In this document: piece by piece, positions 1 to 8,101 of the stretch
How the letters are laid out: every line of letters starts with the position of its first letter
Numbering within the stretch: position 1 is the stretch's first letter
Assembly: GCA_903845295.1 (NCBI GenBank)
Contig: CAIMWV010000035.1
Span: 924-64,923, forward strand
Direction: 5' to 3'
From: Candidatus Staskawiczbacteria bacterium
Lineage (GTDB): Bacteria; Patescibacteriota; Minisyncoccia; Minisyncoccales; Staskawiczbacteraceae
Length of the DNA: 64,000 nucleotides
Program-made: the position numbers and the translations under genes
Notes under the pieces: model-generated
The model's input: only the letters and a program-made list of their open reading frames with translations
Told to the model about the DNA's origin: nothing
The model's database searches: none

Positions 1-329
1 TCTTTTGAAAGAAAATCTGAAAGCTGGTTTTTAATCTGGTTAAATCCTTCTATCCACTTGTGGTCCTTCAATTCGGCTGGTACGTGCGATTCGGCCAAAT
101 AAATATTATCTAAAATCGGAATTATTTTTAAAATTAATTCTTCGTTGGCATATTTTGCAAGCTGGCCGAATTTTTCCATTTCATCTTTTTTGTAGTTCAA
201 AAAATCAGCTCGTTCCCTTTTCCAGCCGTTTAAATACTCCTCGCACTTTGCCTTCGCTTCCTGCAGCTGTTTTTGCAGTTCTTCAACTTCACCAATTCCC
301 TCTTTTTTATTTTTTGTATCTTCTTCCAT
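1..329 (-). CDS. grpE: GrpE nucleotide exchange factor (partial; start codon at 329, 3' end beyond window)
   Basis: Manual translation of minus strand 329->1 gives MEEDTKNKKEGIGEVEELQKQLQEAKAKCEEYLNGWKRERADFLNYKKDEMEKFGQ..., matching the GrpE N-terminal coiled-coil and RERADFxNYKKR signature. It is immediately downstream of hrcA, the classical hrcA-grpE order. Not in the ORF track because it is truncated by the window edge. Confidence 0.8.
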   Translation of the reverse strand, partial: MEEDTKNKKEGIGEVEELQKQLQEAKAKCEEYLNGWKRERADFLNYKKDEMEKFGQLAKYANEELILKIIPILDNIYLAESHVPAELKDHKWIEGFNQIKNQLSDFLSK

Positions 330-337
330 ATTAAAAA

Positions 338-811
338 TTAAAAATTCTCGAGCTCTCGCAAGAGTTTAGTTATGATATCCTCGTTATCCTCGCAGATTTC
401 ACGTGCCGGCCCTAAAATCGTCAAAGCCCTGAATATTGTGTCTTTTTCCGGCGTGTGGGAAATTTCAAGCATTTCGGATATTTCCATTAAGGATTTCATT
501 TCACGCTCTATTTGTTGGTGGGCCGTCCTAATTTGTCGCACAATAAAATCTGATAAATTTTGTTCCCCTTGTGAAACAAATTTATCGGCAAAATATCTGT
601 AAGCTTTTTTAGTTGGAATCCTGCCGGCTGATGTGTGCGGCTGTTCTATAAACCCTTCCTTGGTCAAAACTTGCAGATCGTTTCTTATTGTTGCCCCGCA
701 AACATCCAAATCCGTAACTTTTTTCAAAGCCTTAGAACTCACAGGTTCGTCTGTGCTTATATATTCCTTAATCAGAAAGTCTAATAGTTTCTCTTGTCTC
801 TGAGTAATCAT
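338..811 (-). CDS. hrcA: HrcA heat-inducible repressor, short form (157 aa; winged-helix N-terminal region only)
   Basis: The N-terminus MITQRQEKLLDFLIKEYISTDEPVSSKAL...GATIRNDLQVLTKEGFIEQPHTSAGRIPTKKAYRYF matches the HrcA wHTH domain. It ends 8 bp before the grpE start, so it is complete but about half the usual ~340 aa. Confidence 0.75.
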   Translation of the reverse strand: MITQRQEKLLDFLIKEYISTDEPVSSKALKKVTDLDVCGATIRNDLQVLTKEGFIEQPHTSAGRIPTKKAYRYFADKFVSQGEQNLSDFIVRQIRTAHQQIEREMKSLMEISEMLEISHTPEKDTIFRALTILGPAREICEDNEDIITKLLRELENF

Positions 812-853
812 TTATTGAATACGTTGGTATAAATTTTATTGAGCTTGCACCCT

Positions 854-922
854 TCATTGAAAAAATATATAGAAGGCCGTAATCAGAAAGTCTAATAATT
901 TTTCTTGACGTTCCGTAATCAT
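854..922 (-). repeat. Duplicated 5' end of hrcA (44 bp including the start codon), forming a 22-codon mini-ORF MITERQEKLLDFLITAFYIFFQ
   Basis: Positions 879-922 are near-identical to 768-811 (gtaatcagaaagtctaata...gtaatcat). Translation of the copy reproduces MIT(E/Q)RQEKLLDFLI. Confidence 0.6.
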
Positions 923-933
923 GTTTAGATAAT
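905..933 (+). promoter_or_regulatory. Sigma70-like promoter candidate TTGACG-N17-GATAAT reading toward the GC-rich island
   Basis: TTGACG at 905-910, a 17-nt spacer, GATAAT at 928-933 on the plus strand. It lies inside the hrcA 5' duplicate. Confidence 0.35.
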
Positions 934-948
934 AATTATATTTTACTC

Positions 949-975
949 TTGTCACTCTTGCCTGTCAAGTGCCAA
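949..975. promoter_or_regulatory. Weak CIRCE-like inverted repeat (TTGTCACTC-N9-AAGTGCCAA) upstream of hrcA
   Basis: Each half matches the CIRCE consensus TTAGCACTC-N9-GAGTGCTAA at 7 of 9 positions with the correct 9-nt spacer. About 140 bp upstream of the hrcA start. Confidence 0.3.
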
Positions 976-1662
976 AAATGAATTTGTACAAAAAAAGAGA
1001 GGCAACCCATTTCGTGCTGTGTAGCTCGATTTGAGTTGCCCCTTTACTGCATACCCGGACGTGTTTGACGCGCTTGCGCCGACAGAAATGGCCTAATGGC
1101 CAAGTTGGCTGCCAGAACATAAGCGGTCCGCTTTTCACGTCAATGGGATTTGTCTTTTCTTGACGGTGTTAAAGAACTTGTCAGTTGTGCGCGTGTTGGT
1201 CCGGCCCTAACCACAGATCTTAGCCGTGTGGGCTGGCGCGCACCCATGATGAGCGTTCACCTATCCCTCCTCCTTTCTGTTCCGGTGAAGTTCCGATGTG
1301 TTGTCGCGTGTGTGAGGGCAGCCGCTGTGCCTAAAGACCCACAATGAGCCCGACAACGGTTATGCCCAGATACTACACCAAAACGCCTAGAAGACAGCAC
1401 CCTTACGATCGTGAACCACGATCATTCCTCCTTGTCTAGCATCACCTTACCAGCCAATAGACCCGCTTCGGGTTACTGACAAGATGATGCGTGACAGTGG
1501 TCGCGCCGGCGCGTCATTCGGACAAAATGAACAAACTCGCGCAGACAGCCATAGGCGCTTTCCTCCCTTCTTTGCAGAATGTACAACAGTCTGCCAGCCT
1601 CTCCGGCTGCAAACCTCCAAGGCGTACCTTACGCCTTTATGTTACATATAGTATCACATAAT

Positions 1663-1696
1663 AAAAGCCCTGTCAAGCATGACGGGGCTTTTATTA
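1663..1696. terminator. Bidirectional rho-independent terminator (GCCCTGTCA-AGCA-TGACGGGGC flanked by A and T tracts)
   Basis: 9-bp stem with one G-U pair. TTTTATT follows on the plus strand and an A-run precedes it, giving a U-tract on the minus strand. Confidence 0.7.
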
Positions 1697-1711
1697 ATCT
1701 TATCAAATTTC

Positions 1712-2890
1712 TTAGCTTAATCGGCGAGACATTATAATAAATAATATTAAGCCAATCAAGGAAAGCGCTGCTGCATAAAATAGTGCAGCACTATCGCTTA
1801 TTGTCGTCCACAAAAGCCCGCCGATGATTCCGGCGCCTAACGAAGAAAAACCAATTGCCATGTTTAAGAATCCCTGGCCGGTTGCGAGTAGCTCTCCATG
1901 GAGCGATTTTGCAGCCAGCATTCTTTGCATGCCGTCAGTGGCGGCTGAATAAATTCCCAGAATAATAAAAAAAAGAGTAATTGCCAATAAATGAGACGTT
2001 AAAGCCAGCCCAATATAGGAAATAGCAGCCAATAAAAAACCGAGCGCAATAACAGCCCTCTCCCCTATTTTATCGGCTAATTTGCCTAAAGGAATTGCGA
2101 CGATAACAAAAGTCAAACTGTATACAAAATACATTAAGGGCACATCGGCGATAGAGCCGGCATCTTTGGCTTTCAGCAAAACCAATCCAATGGGCAGAGT
2201 CCCCAGCCCAAAGACAAAAAGCGCGCTGACAATAAAAATAAATTTTTTATGGGTTTTAAAAAGGCTCCAGTCAAGCTTAATTCTTTTTGCCTGCTTTTCC
2301 AATTTTTCAACTTTAACGTCTTTTACAAAAACAAAACTTCCTATTGCCAAAAGCCCCAGAAAAAATGCTATCAAAAACAGTGCTTTATATCCGTCTTTTA
2401 TCCAGAAGATAATCAAAAAACCCAATAACGGCCCGAAAGTAGCTCCCAATGTGTCCATGGCCCTGTGGAAGCCATAAGATAGGCCTAATTCCGTTTCTGG
2501 AGCTGATTCGGCAATTAGTGCATCTCTGGGACTATCCCGAAAGCCCTTGCCTATCCTGTCAATTACGCGAAGCGCAAAAACCTGCCAGAAATTATTAACA
2601 ATGACTAGAAATAATCTTGTTAAGGTTGAAAGTGAGTATCCTAAAACAGCCGGCCTTTTCCTTTCGCCTATTTTATCTGACATCCAGCCGGAAATTAACC
2701 GGAAAACGCTTGCCAGTGCATCTGCGGTGCCTTCAATCAGGCCCACAAAAAAAACCGGTGCTCCAAGCACGGTTGTTATGAACACGGGCATCACAGATTG
2801 CACCATTTCACCGGAAAAATCATTAAAAAAACTCACCAGCCCCAAAAAGAAAACATTGCGTTTTATCCCAAAAATTTTATCTTTTAACAT
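1712..2890 (-). CDS. MFS transporter
   Basis: 392 aa, about 12 predicted TM helices, MFS-type motifs (GxLSDKIGRR-like sequence GWMSDKIGERKRP). Confidence 0.8.
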   Translation of the reverse strand: MLKDKIFGIKRNVFFLGLVSFFNDFSGEMVQSVMPVFITTVLGAPVFFVGLIEGTADALASVFRLISGWMSDKIGERKRPAVLGYSLSTLTRLFLVIVNNFWQVFALRVIDRIGKGFRDSPRDALIAESAPETELGLSYGFHRAMDTLGATFGPLLGFLIIFWIKDGYKALFLIAFFLGLLAIGSFVFVKDVKVEKLEKQAKRIKLDWSLFKTHKKFIFIVSALFVFGLGTLPIGLVLLKAKDAGSIADVPLMYFVYSLTFVIVAIPLGKLADKIGERAVIALGFLLAAISYIGLALTSHLLAITLFFIILGIYSAATDGMQRMLAAKSLHGELLATGQGFLNMAIGFSSLGAGIIGGLLWTTISDSAALFYAAALSLIGLILFIIMSRRLS

Positions 2891-2976
2891 GTAAATTTTT
2901 TATTATATTCCATTATTTTATCATTTCTGGAGCCCATTTGTAAATAAAAAGCTGCCTCTCGGCAACTTTTTTATCT

Positions 2977-3225
2977 TTATTGTTTGTTTTCTTGATGCTC
3001 GTGGTCGTGATCACAGCAGTGTCCATGCATTTTTTCCTGGATTTTTCCTGTCCACCAATAGCCTGAGCATATCGGGCACCTTCCCTGGCGCATAAGCATC
3101 TTTATGCCGATTGCTAAAAAGATTATTGCCCAGAACAATCCCCAAAAATTTGTGCCGACAATAATGCCCATTGCGTTTAATAATAAAAACAACCCTAAAA
3201 TTATGAAAACGATTGCTAAAAACAT
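2977..3225 (-). CDS. Small membrane protein with a His/Cys-rich C-terminal tail (HGHCCDHDHEHQ)
   Basis: Two hydrophobic helices followed by a CxxC and a His-rich tail, suggesting a possible metal-binding protein. Confidence 0.45.
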   Translation of the reverse strand: MFLAIVFIILGLFLLLNAMGIIVGTNFWGLFWAIIFLAIGIKMLMRQGRCPICSGYWWTGKIQEKMHGHCCDHDHEHQENKQ

Positions 3226-3335
3226 GAATTTTCGAACGAACGAGGAAATTCATCCTGCGTCCTCAAGGGACGAAGGATATCCTTTGCGACGTTCGCTGTA
3301 AGTTAGCTAAATTGATTTATTATAACACCTGCAGC

Positions 3336-4838
3336 TTAAACTTCAACAAAAGCCTCTTCTCCTTTGTGCCCTTCGCGCATTTTTTCTTTAGAAACTTTTA
3401 TAAGCAAAGACAGCGCACTTCCGACAAGTAATAAAATAGAAGCCCAAATAAAAACTGGTTTGTATGCGTCTATTTGCGCTTTTAATATAATCAATTCCAC
3501 TGCCTGTTTATAAATTGCCGGGTTCGTAATTTTTATAACACTACGATAAGCGGTGTTCAAAACATTGCTGTTGGTTGTATTGGTTAAAATTGTGCCGAAA
3601 ACCGCAATTCCAAAAGCTCCGGCGATATTTCTGCCAAGAGCCAATATAGATGAGGCGATTCCCATTTCTTCGGTTGGAACGATAGCGGCGATTACCGACG
3701 TACGCTGGGCCATGCCAAAACCCATGCCAAAGGCCATTATTGAGAGAGGGATAATAACTGTTAAGGCACTTGATCTTGGGTCTAAATATGAAAATAAATA
3801 TATCCCTACGGCAGCCACAAGCGTACTGGCAAAAATTACATATCTTGGTTCTACTTTTCCAGTTAAACTTCCTCCTATTGGAGAAGCAATCATCATGAAA
3901 ATTGCCATTGGTATAAATAAATATCCCGTTTGTGTGGCATTATATCCCAAATAGGTTTGACAAAATACCGGAATCAAAAATACAGCCCCCATCATTGCCA
4001 TAAAAACAACAAAGTTATTTAAAAGAGTATTCACAAAAACGCTATTTTTGAAGAATTTAAGGTCAACAATCGGCTCTTGCGCTTTTGATTCTACAAATAA
4101 AAATATAATAGTAAATAAAATCGTAGAAATATAACAAATTATGCTCTGATATGCAAACCAGCCCCAGGCGTTGCCCTGGTCAAGAACTAAAACCAATGAT
4201 GAAAGAGCGACGCCAAGAGTAATTGCGCCCCACCAGTCAAAATGTATAGTTTTATGTTCTGACACAGATTCTCTTACAAAAATAAAAGCCATTATAAGCC
4301 CGGCAATTCCAACTGGGATATTCAACAAAAATATTGATCTCCAGCCAAAGGCGTCAATCATCGGCCCGCCTATCAACGGCCCAAAAACAACAGCCGCAGC
4401 AAAGGAAGCTGACCATAATCCCAGTGCCTGCGCCCTTTCTTTTCCTTGCTGAAAAGTTACAGCCAAAATTGCCATGGCTGTGGGATAGTCAGCAGAACCT
4501 GCGATTGCCTGGATAATTCTGAAAACAATCATTGAGCTTAAATTCCATGCAAATCCGGCCAAAGCTGACCCAAAAATAAAAATTGTAAAACCTAAAATAT
4601 AAACTTTTTTTCTGCCAACTGTGTCTCCTAGTTTTCCCCAGATAGGAACAAAAACCGCGTTAGCTAATATGTACGCGGTTGCAATCCAGCCGGCTGATAA
4701 AACCGTGATTTTAAAATCAATTATTATTTTTGGCAGGGCCAAGTTCACAATTGTCGAGTCCAATCTGCCCAAAAAAGTTCCGATAATTACTGTCAGCAAT
4801 ACAAGCCATTTAAAATTTTTGTGGTTTTCGTCAATCAT
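3336..4838 (-). CDS. DHA2-family MFS drug:H+ antiporter (EmrB/QacA-like, 14 TMS)
   Basis: 500 aa. N-terminus LDSTIVNLALPKI...GKLGDTVGRKKVYILG is typical of EmrB/QacA. Confidence 0.85.
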   Translation of the reverse strand: MIDENHKNFKWLVLLTVIIGTFLGRLDSTIVNLALPKIIIDFKITVLSAGWIATAYILANAVFVPIWGKLGDTVGRKKVYILGFTIFIFGSALAGFAWNLSSMIVFRIIQAIAGSADYPTAMAILAVTFQQGKERAQALGLWSASFAAAVVFGPLIGGPMIDAFGWRSIFLLNIPVGIAGLIMAFIFVRESVSEHKTIHFDWWGAITLGVALSSLVLVLDQGNAWGWFAYQSIICYISTILFTIIFLFVESKAQEPIVDLKFFKNSVFVNTLLNNFVVFMAMMGAVFLIPVFCQTYLGYNATQTGYLFIPMAIFMMIASPIGGSLTGKVEPRYVIFASTLVAAVGIYLFSYLDPRSSALTVIIPLSIMAFGMGFGMAQRTSVIAAIVPTEEMGIASSILALGRNIAGAFGIAVFGTILTNTTNSNVLNTAYRSVIKITNPAIYKQAVELIILKAQIDAYKPVFIWASILLLVGSALSLLIKVSKEKMREGHKGEEAFVEV

Positions 4839-5519
4839 TTATTTATATATCCACAGTTTGGCCGACATCCCATTTTTCAGTTCCGGATATTGCGCTATAT
4901 TGAATCTTACTTTAACATCAAAATCCATTTCTTGCCTTGTACCCGATATATTGAAAACAATATCTCCCGCGTTTGAGGTCGGGCTTATTTCATCTACAAT
5001 TCCGGAATATTCTTTTGAGCCGAAAGTATCAACAGTGAAAATAGCTTCTTGCCCGATTTTTATATCCTTTAACCCCTTATCTTCTTGGACTTGCCCGACA
5101 ACTCTTAAATCATTTGGATTTATCATTGTGGCTACTGCCTGGGCTGGCGCGAAAGAAGCTCCTATATTTGTGTTTATAGATAGAATTTGGCCGTCTGAGC
5201 TGGCTTTTATCAATTCGTTGCCGATTCTGGCGATAGGTGCTGACATTTTAACTAAATCTCCGACATTAACATATACTTCCTGCAGGGTTCCGCCGACTGT
5301 CGGAGCTAAATTAGTCACAGGAGCTGATACAGAAGCATTTTCTATATAAACCCTTGCAGAAACAATGTTCCAATATATAAGCCCTCCAATGCCGGCTAAA
5401 ATTATTAAGCCAAATGCAATTACTATGATTATTCTATTGCGGGTGCCTTTTATTATTTTTTCTTCCTTGGCTTCCAAAACTCCGACAACAGAAGATATTT
5501 TTTCTAAATTAGTTTCCAT
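4839..5519 (-). CDS. HlyD-family membrane fusion protein (EmrA-like, short)
   Basis: N-terminal TM helix followed by a beta-barrel/lipoyl-like region with GDLVKMSAPIARI motifs. Start abuts the stop of the MFS pump gene. Confidence 0.7.
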   Translation of the reverse strand: METNLEKISSVVGVLEAKEEKIIKGTRNRIIIVIAFGLIILAGIGGLIYWNIVSARVYIENASVSAPVTNLAPTVGGTLQEVYVNVGDLVKMSAPIARIGNELIKASSDGQILSINTNIGASFAPAQAVATMINPNDLRVVGQVQEDKGLKDIKIGQEAIFTVDTFGSKEYSGIVDEISPTSNAGDIVFNISGTRQEMDFDVKVRFNIAQYPELKNGMSAKLWIYK

Positions 5520-5550
5520 GCTATTTAAGTTTATTTAAATAAAAATTTTA

Positions 5551-6996
5551 TTAATAAGCAAAGACTTTTTCTCCTGATTTTAATCCGGAGGTTATCTCAA
5601 TATTTTTACCATCCCTTAATCCCACGGTAACCTCTTCGGGGTCTTTCTGGGAGTTTCCCTTATCCACTATCACAAAATATTTTCCGTTTTGCTGTATGAC
5701 AGCTGATATGGGAATCATCAGCACATTTGAATGCTTATCGGAAATTACAGTTATATTTGCTGTCATTCCGGGTTTTATCCTGTCATCTGAATTCTTGAAT
5801 TTTAGTTTCGCCCCATAGGCAGCTATCCCGTTTACAAACGAGGGGGCTGAATCTACTGAAATAATTGTTGCCGGAAAATTAACATTATTTCCATAAGCAT
5901 CCAATGATATATTGGCCTCATTTCCAACCTTTGCTTCAGACAAGTCAACTTCCGGAATATTGGTGTCTATTTCTAAATTATTGTTTGAGATTGTTATAAC
6001 CGGCACATTTGAAGACATTATTTGTCCTACAACAGCGTTATCTTTATCAACCTGGCCGTCAAACAATGCCCTTATTACTGTTTTTGAAATTTGCGTTTTA
6101 ATTGCATTGATGTTTGCCTGGGCACCTTCAATTTGGGCGTTTGTCGTTGTTATAGTGGCCGAATTGTTGACTTTCAATGATGTTATTGCCTGTATATTTG
6201 CTGATGTTGTTATGATTTCTGCATTAATGCTTGCGTTAGAAGCGCTTATGATATTTCTTTCTGCAGAAGATAATGTATCTATGATGGGAATAGCATTAAT
6301 TAAATCATTCATATCTTGTAGGGCGATTTTTGCAGCCGAAAGCGCCCCATCAGTATTGGTTTGAGTTGGATTTTGTATTGCGTTTTGTATTGATCCGAAG
6401 GCTCCTCCATTTAACGCGGCTAATTCCTCAGATGTATATAAAATAGCATTTGGTTGCCCCAATAAAGATAAAACTCCTTTGTCCTTTGCGTTAAAGAGAG
6501 GAATATTTTGGCTGTTTTCTGTTTTAAAATGATTATTCTGAAGATCAGTAATAGTTAGCAAAATGTCTTTTGCCGTTGATACAGATTTTTGCGCCGCGCT
6601 CAAACTGGTTGCGTAGACAGACTGCAATCCCGCATCTGTTTTGCTTTTTACCGTATCAATATTCAATGCGTCCAACTGGGCTTGCGCCTGTTTTAATTGC
6701 GCCTGCAACAGGGAGCTGTCAATCGCTAAAAGCGCCTGTCCGGCATAAATTTTATCGCCGACTTTAACATAATTTGCCACAATTTTACCCTGTGTTTCAA
6801 AAGCTAAATCAACGCCCTGAGACGCCTTTACCTGTCCCGCTAAATTTATCTCCTCTGTAATATCGCCATTCTTTGCCTCTACTGAAGGTAATTTTAGCGG
6901 CGTGCCCATACCAAATAAAAAATATAGCAATGCGGCAATTATAATTGCTAATATTACGATTGCAGTTATCAATAATTTTTTAGACATTTTATACAT
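5551..6996 (-). CDS. HlyD-family periplasmic adaptor with a long coiled coil
   Basis: N-terminal TM helix, lipoyl-like hairpin (VKVGDKIYAGQALLAID), long alpha-helical Q/A-rich segment, C-terminal beta domain. Confidence 0.75.
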   Translation of the reverse strand: MYKMSKKLLITAIVILAIIIAALLYFLFGMGTPLKLPSVEAKNGDITEEINLAGQVKASQGVDLAFETQGKIVANYVKVGDKIYAGQALLAIDSSLLQAQLKQAQAQLDALNIDTVKSKTDAGLQSVYATSLSAAQKSVSTAKDILLTITDLQNNHFKTENSQNIPLFNAKDKGVLSLLGQPNAILYTSEELAALNGGAFGSIQNAIQNPTQTNTDGALSAAKIALQDMNDLINAIPIIDTLSSAERNIISASNASINAEIITTSANIQAITSLKVNNSATITTTNAQIEGAQANINAIKTQISKTVIRALFDGQVDKDNAVVGQIMSSNVPVITISNNNLEIDTNIPEVDLSEAKVGNEANISLDAYGNNVNFPATIISVDSAPSFVNGIAAYGAKLKFKNSDDRIKPGMTANITVISDKHSNVLMIPISAVIQQNGKYFVIVDKGNSQKDPEEVTVGLRDGKNIEITSGLKSGEKVFAY

Positions 6997-7399
6997 GAAT
7001 TTTACTGAATATTTTTATTAATGTTTTTTTATCTTTATCGCTCAATTTGCTGAAAACTTTTCTGATAGTATTGCGTATTTTTTTATACTTTTTCTGCAAC
7101 GTTATGTGCCCCTCTTTAGTCAATGCTATGTATACCAACCTTCTGTCATCTTTGGTTTTGACCCTTTTTAGATTACCTTTTTTCACCAGGTTATCAATTA
7201 TAGGGGTAACTGACGGCGGCTTTATGTGCAAATGTCCGGCTATAGATTTCATTGTTGTAGTTTCCTTGTCCCGGACAAACTTCAAGGTTTCGAATTCCGA
7301 ATCTGTAAAATCCGTCAAACATTTGCTTGTATGTATTTCTTCCCTTATTAATCTGCCGACATTGAATATGACAGATAATAGCTTTTCATTGGTTTCCAT
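6989..7399 (-). CDS. MarR-family transcriptional regulator
   Basis: 136 aa. Winged HTH region TLKFVRDKETTTMKSIAGHLHIKPPSVTPIIDNLVKKGNLKRVKTKDDRRLVYIALTKEG. Confidence 0.85.
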   Translation of the reverse strand: METNEKLLSVIFNVGRLIREEIHTSKCLTDFTDSEFETLKFVRDKETTTMKSIAGHLHIKPPSVTPIIDNLVKKGNLKRVKTKDDRRLVYIALTKEGHITLQKKYKKIRNTIRKVFSKLSDKDKKTLIKIFSKIHV

Positions 7400-7405
7400 T
7401 TTTGT

Positions 7406-7418
7406 TATCTAACAGATA
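7406..7418. promoter_or_regulatory. Palindrome TATCT-AAC-AGATA 7 bp upstream of the MarR start; candidate MarR operator
   Basis: Perfect 5+3+5 palindrome overlapping the ribosome-binding region of the marR-like gene. Confidence 0.35.
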
Positions 7419-7535
7419 GTTTGATTACCTAACTATTAGATTTTAAGTATATTATAAATTTGGATCCATGTCAAGTCTTTACCGCAAATTTGCTAAAATT
7501 TTAGGTGAAGACGCAAGCCTCAAACGAAAAACCAG

Positions 7536-7564
7536 GCTACGGCCCGGTTTTTCGAAATTTATTG
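7536..7564 (-). terminator. Terminator hairpin (AACCAGGC-TAC-GGCCCGGTT) after the secreted-protein gene
   Basis: Stem with A/T tracts on both sides. Confidence 0.5.
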
Positions 7565-7604
7565 GTTAATCGCTGTTTTAGTCACGATACTTTTCAGTTT
7601 GCCT

Positions 7605-8045
7605 TTACTGAGGTGTTTGTGTAGGGGGAAAACCCGGAGATGTTGATGTTGGCCTGTTTTGTCCTGCGGGCATTATTTGGATTAATCGCGCAGTCTCGCT
7701 ACCGTCAGAATTATTTGTACCCGTCACGCCTACTAATGTTCCTGCTGACAAATCATTTGTTGTTCCTGAAACGGTTTTACTGATTTGAGTCGCATCAGAA
7801 TAAAAAATTATTTTTGAACCGCTACTAGGTAAACTAATAGTAATGCTTTGGCTATCCTTGGATAAAATAGTTCCCGAAGTAAACCCGCTTTGGGAGGCCC
7901 CTGGACCCGCGCTACGTAATGCTCGAGAAGCACGGGTAGCGTACGGAGATTGGCTTTTTCCATAACTCATTCCAATATAAAAAGCTCCTCCGCCCACGAC
8001 TAGCAATACAATTATTGCTATAACTATTAACGATATCTTTTTCAT
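7605..8045 (-). CDS. Hypothetical secreted or membrane-anchored low-complexity protein (S/T/G-rich)
   Basis: N-terminal TM or signal helix followed by S/T/G-rich sequence. Confidence 0.45.
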   Translation of the reverse strand: MKKISLIVIAIIVLLVVGGGAFYIGMSYGKSQSPYATRASRALRSAGPGASQSGFTSGTILSKDSQSITISLPSSGSKIIFYSDATQISKTVSGTTNDLSAGTLVGVTGTNNSDGSETARLIQIMPAGQNRPTSTSPGFPPTQTPQ

Positions 8046-8101
8046 ATTTTAAAAATGTTATTTTATATTATTTTTTTCAACTTTTAATTATTATTCGTAT
8101 A

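Larger units (their letters stand above)
940..1697 (+). ncRNA. Candidate structured non-coding RNA or foreign-DNA remnant: visibly GC-rich island of about 700 bp with no convincing ORF, bracketed by a promoter candidate and a terminator
   Basis: Sharp compositional contrast with the AT-rich flanks. Only short ORFs lacking ribosome-binding sites. Multiple GC hairpins (GGCCTAATGGCC, GCGGTCCGC, GGCAAC...GTTGCC). It ends at a strong bidirectional terminator. No match to RNase P, tmRNA, SRP or 6S signatures that I could recognise. Confidence 0.25.

Noticed and set aside
940-1697. GC-rich island read as RNase P RNA, tmRNA, SRP RNA or group II intron domain V
   Set aside because: I could not find the P4 (AGGAAAGUCCGGGC / ACAGAANCCGGCUUA) pair, a tRNA-like T-arm + ACCA end, an ANDENYALAA-type tag frame, or domain V (GAGCCGUAUG...) on either strand. 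It remains an unassigned candidate only.
3011-3301. Numerous short plus-strand ORFs of 60-130 aa throughout the window (for example 372-602, 2082-2477, 3553-3954, 5912-6364, 8250-8573)
   Set aside because: Each lies antisense within a longer minus-strand gene that has clear family motifs, and none has an RBS or conserved features. They are treated as non-coding.
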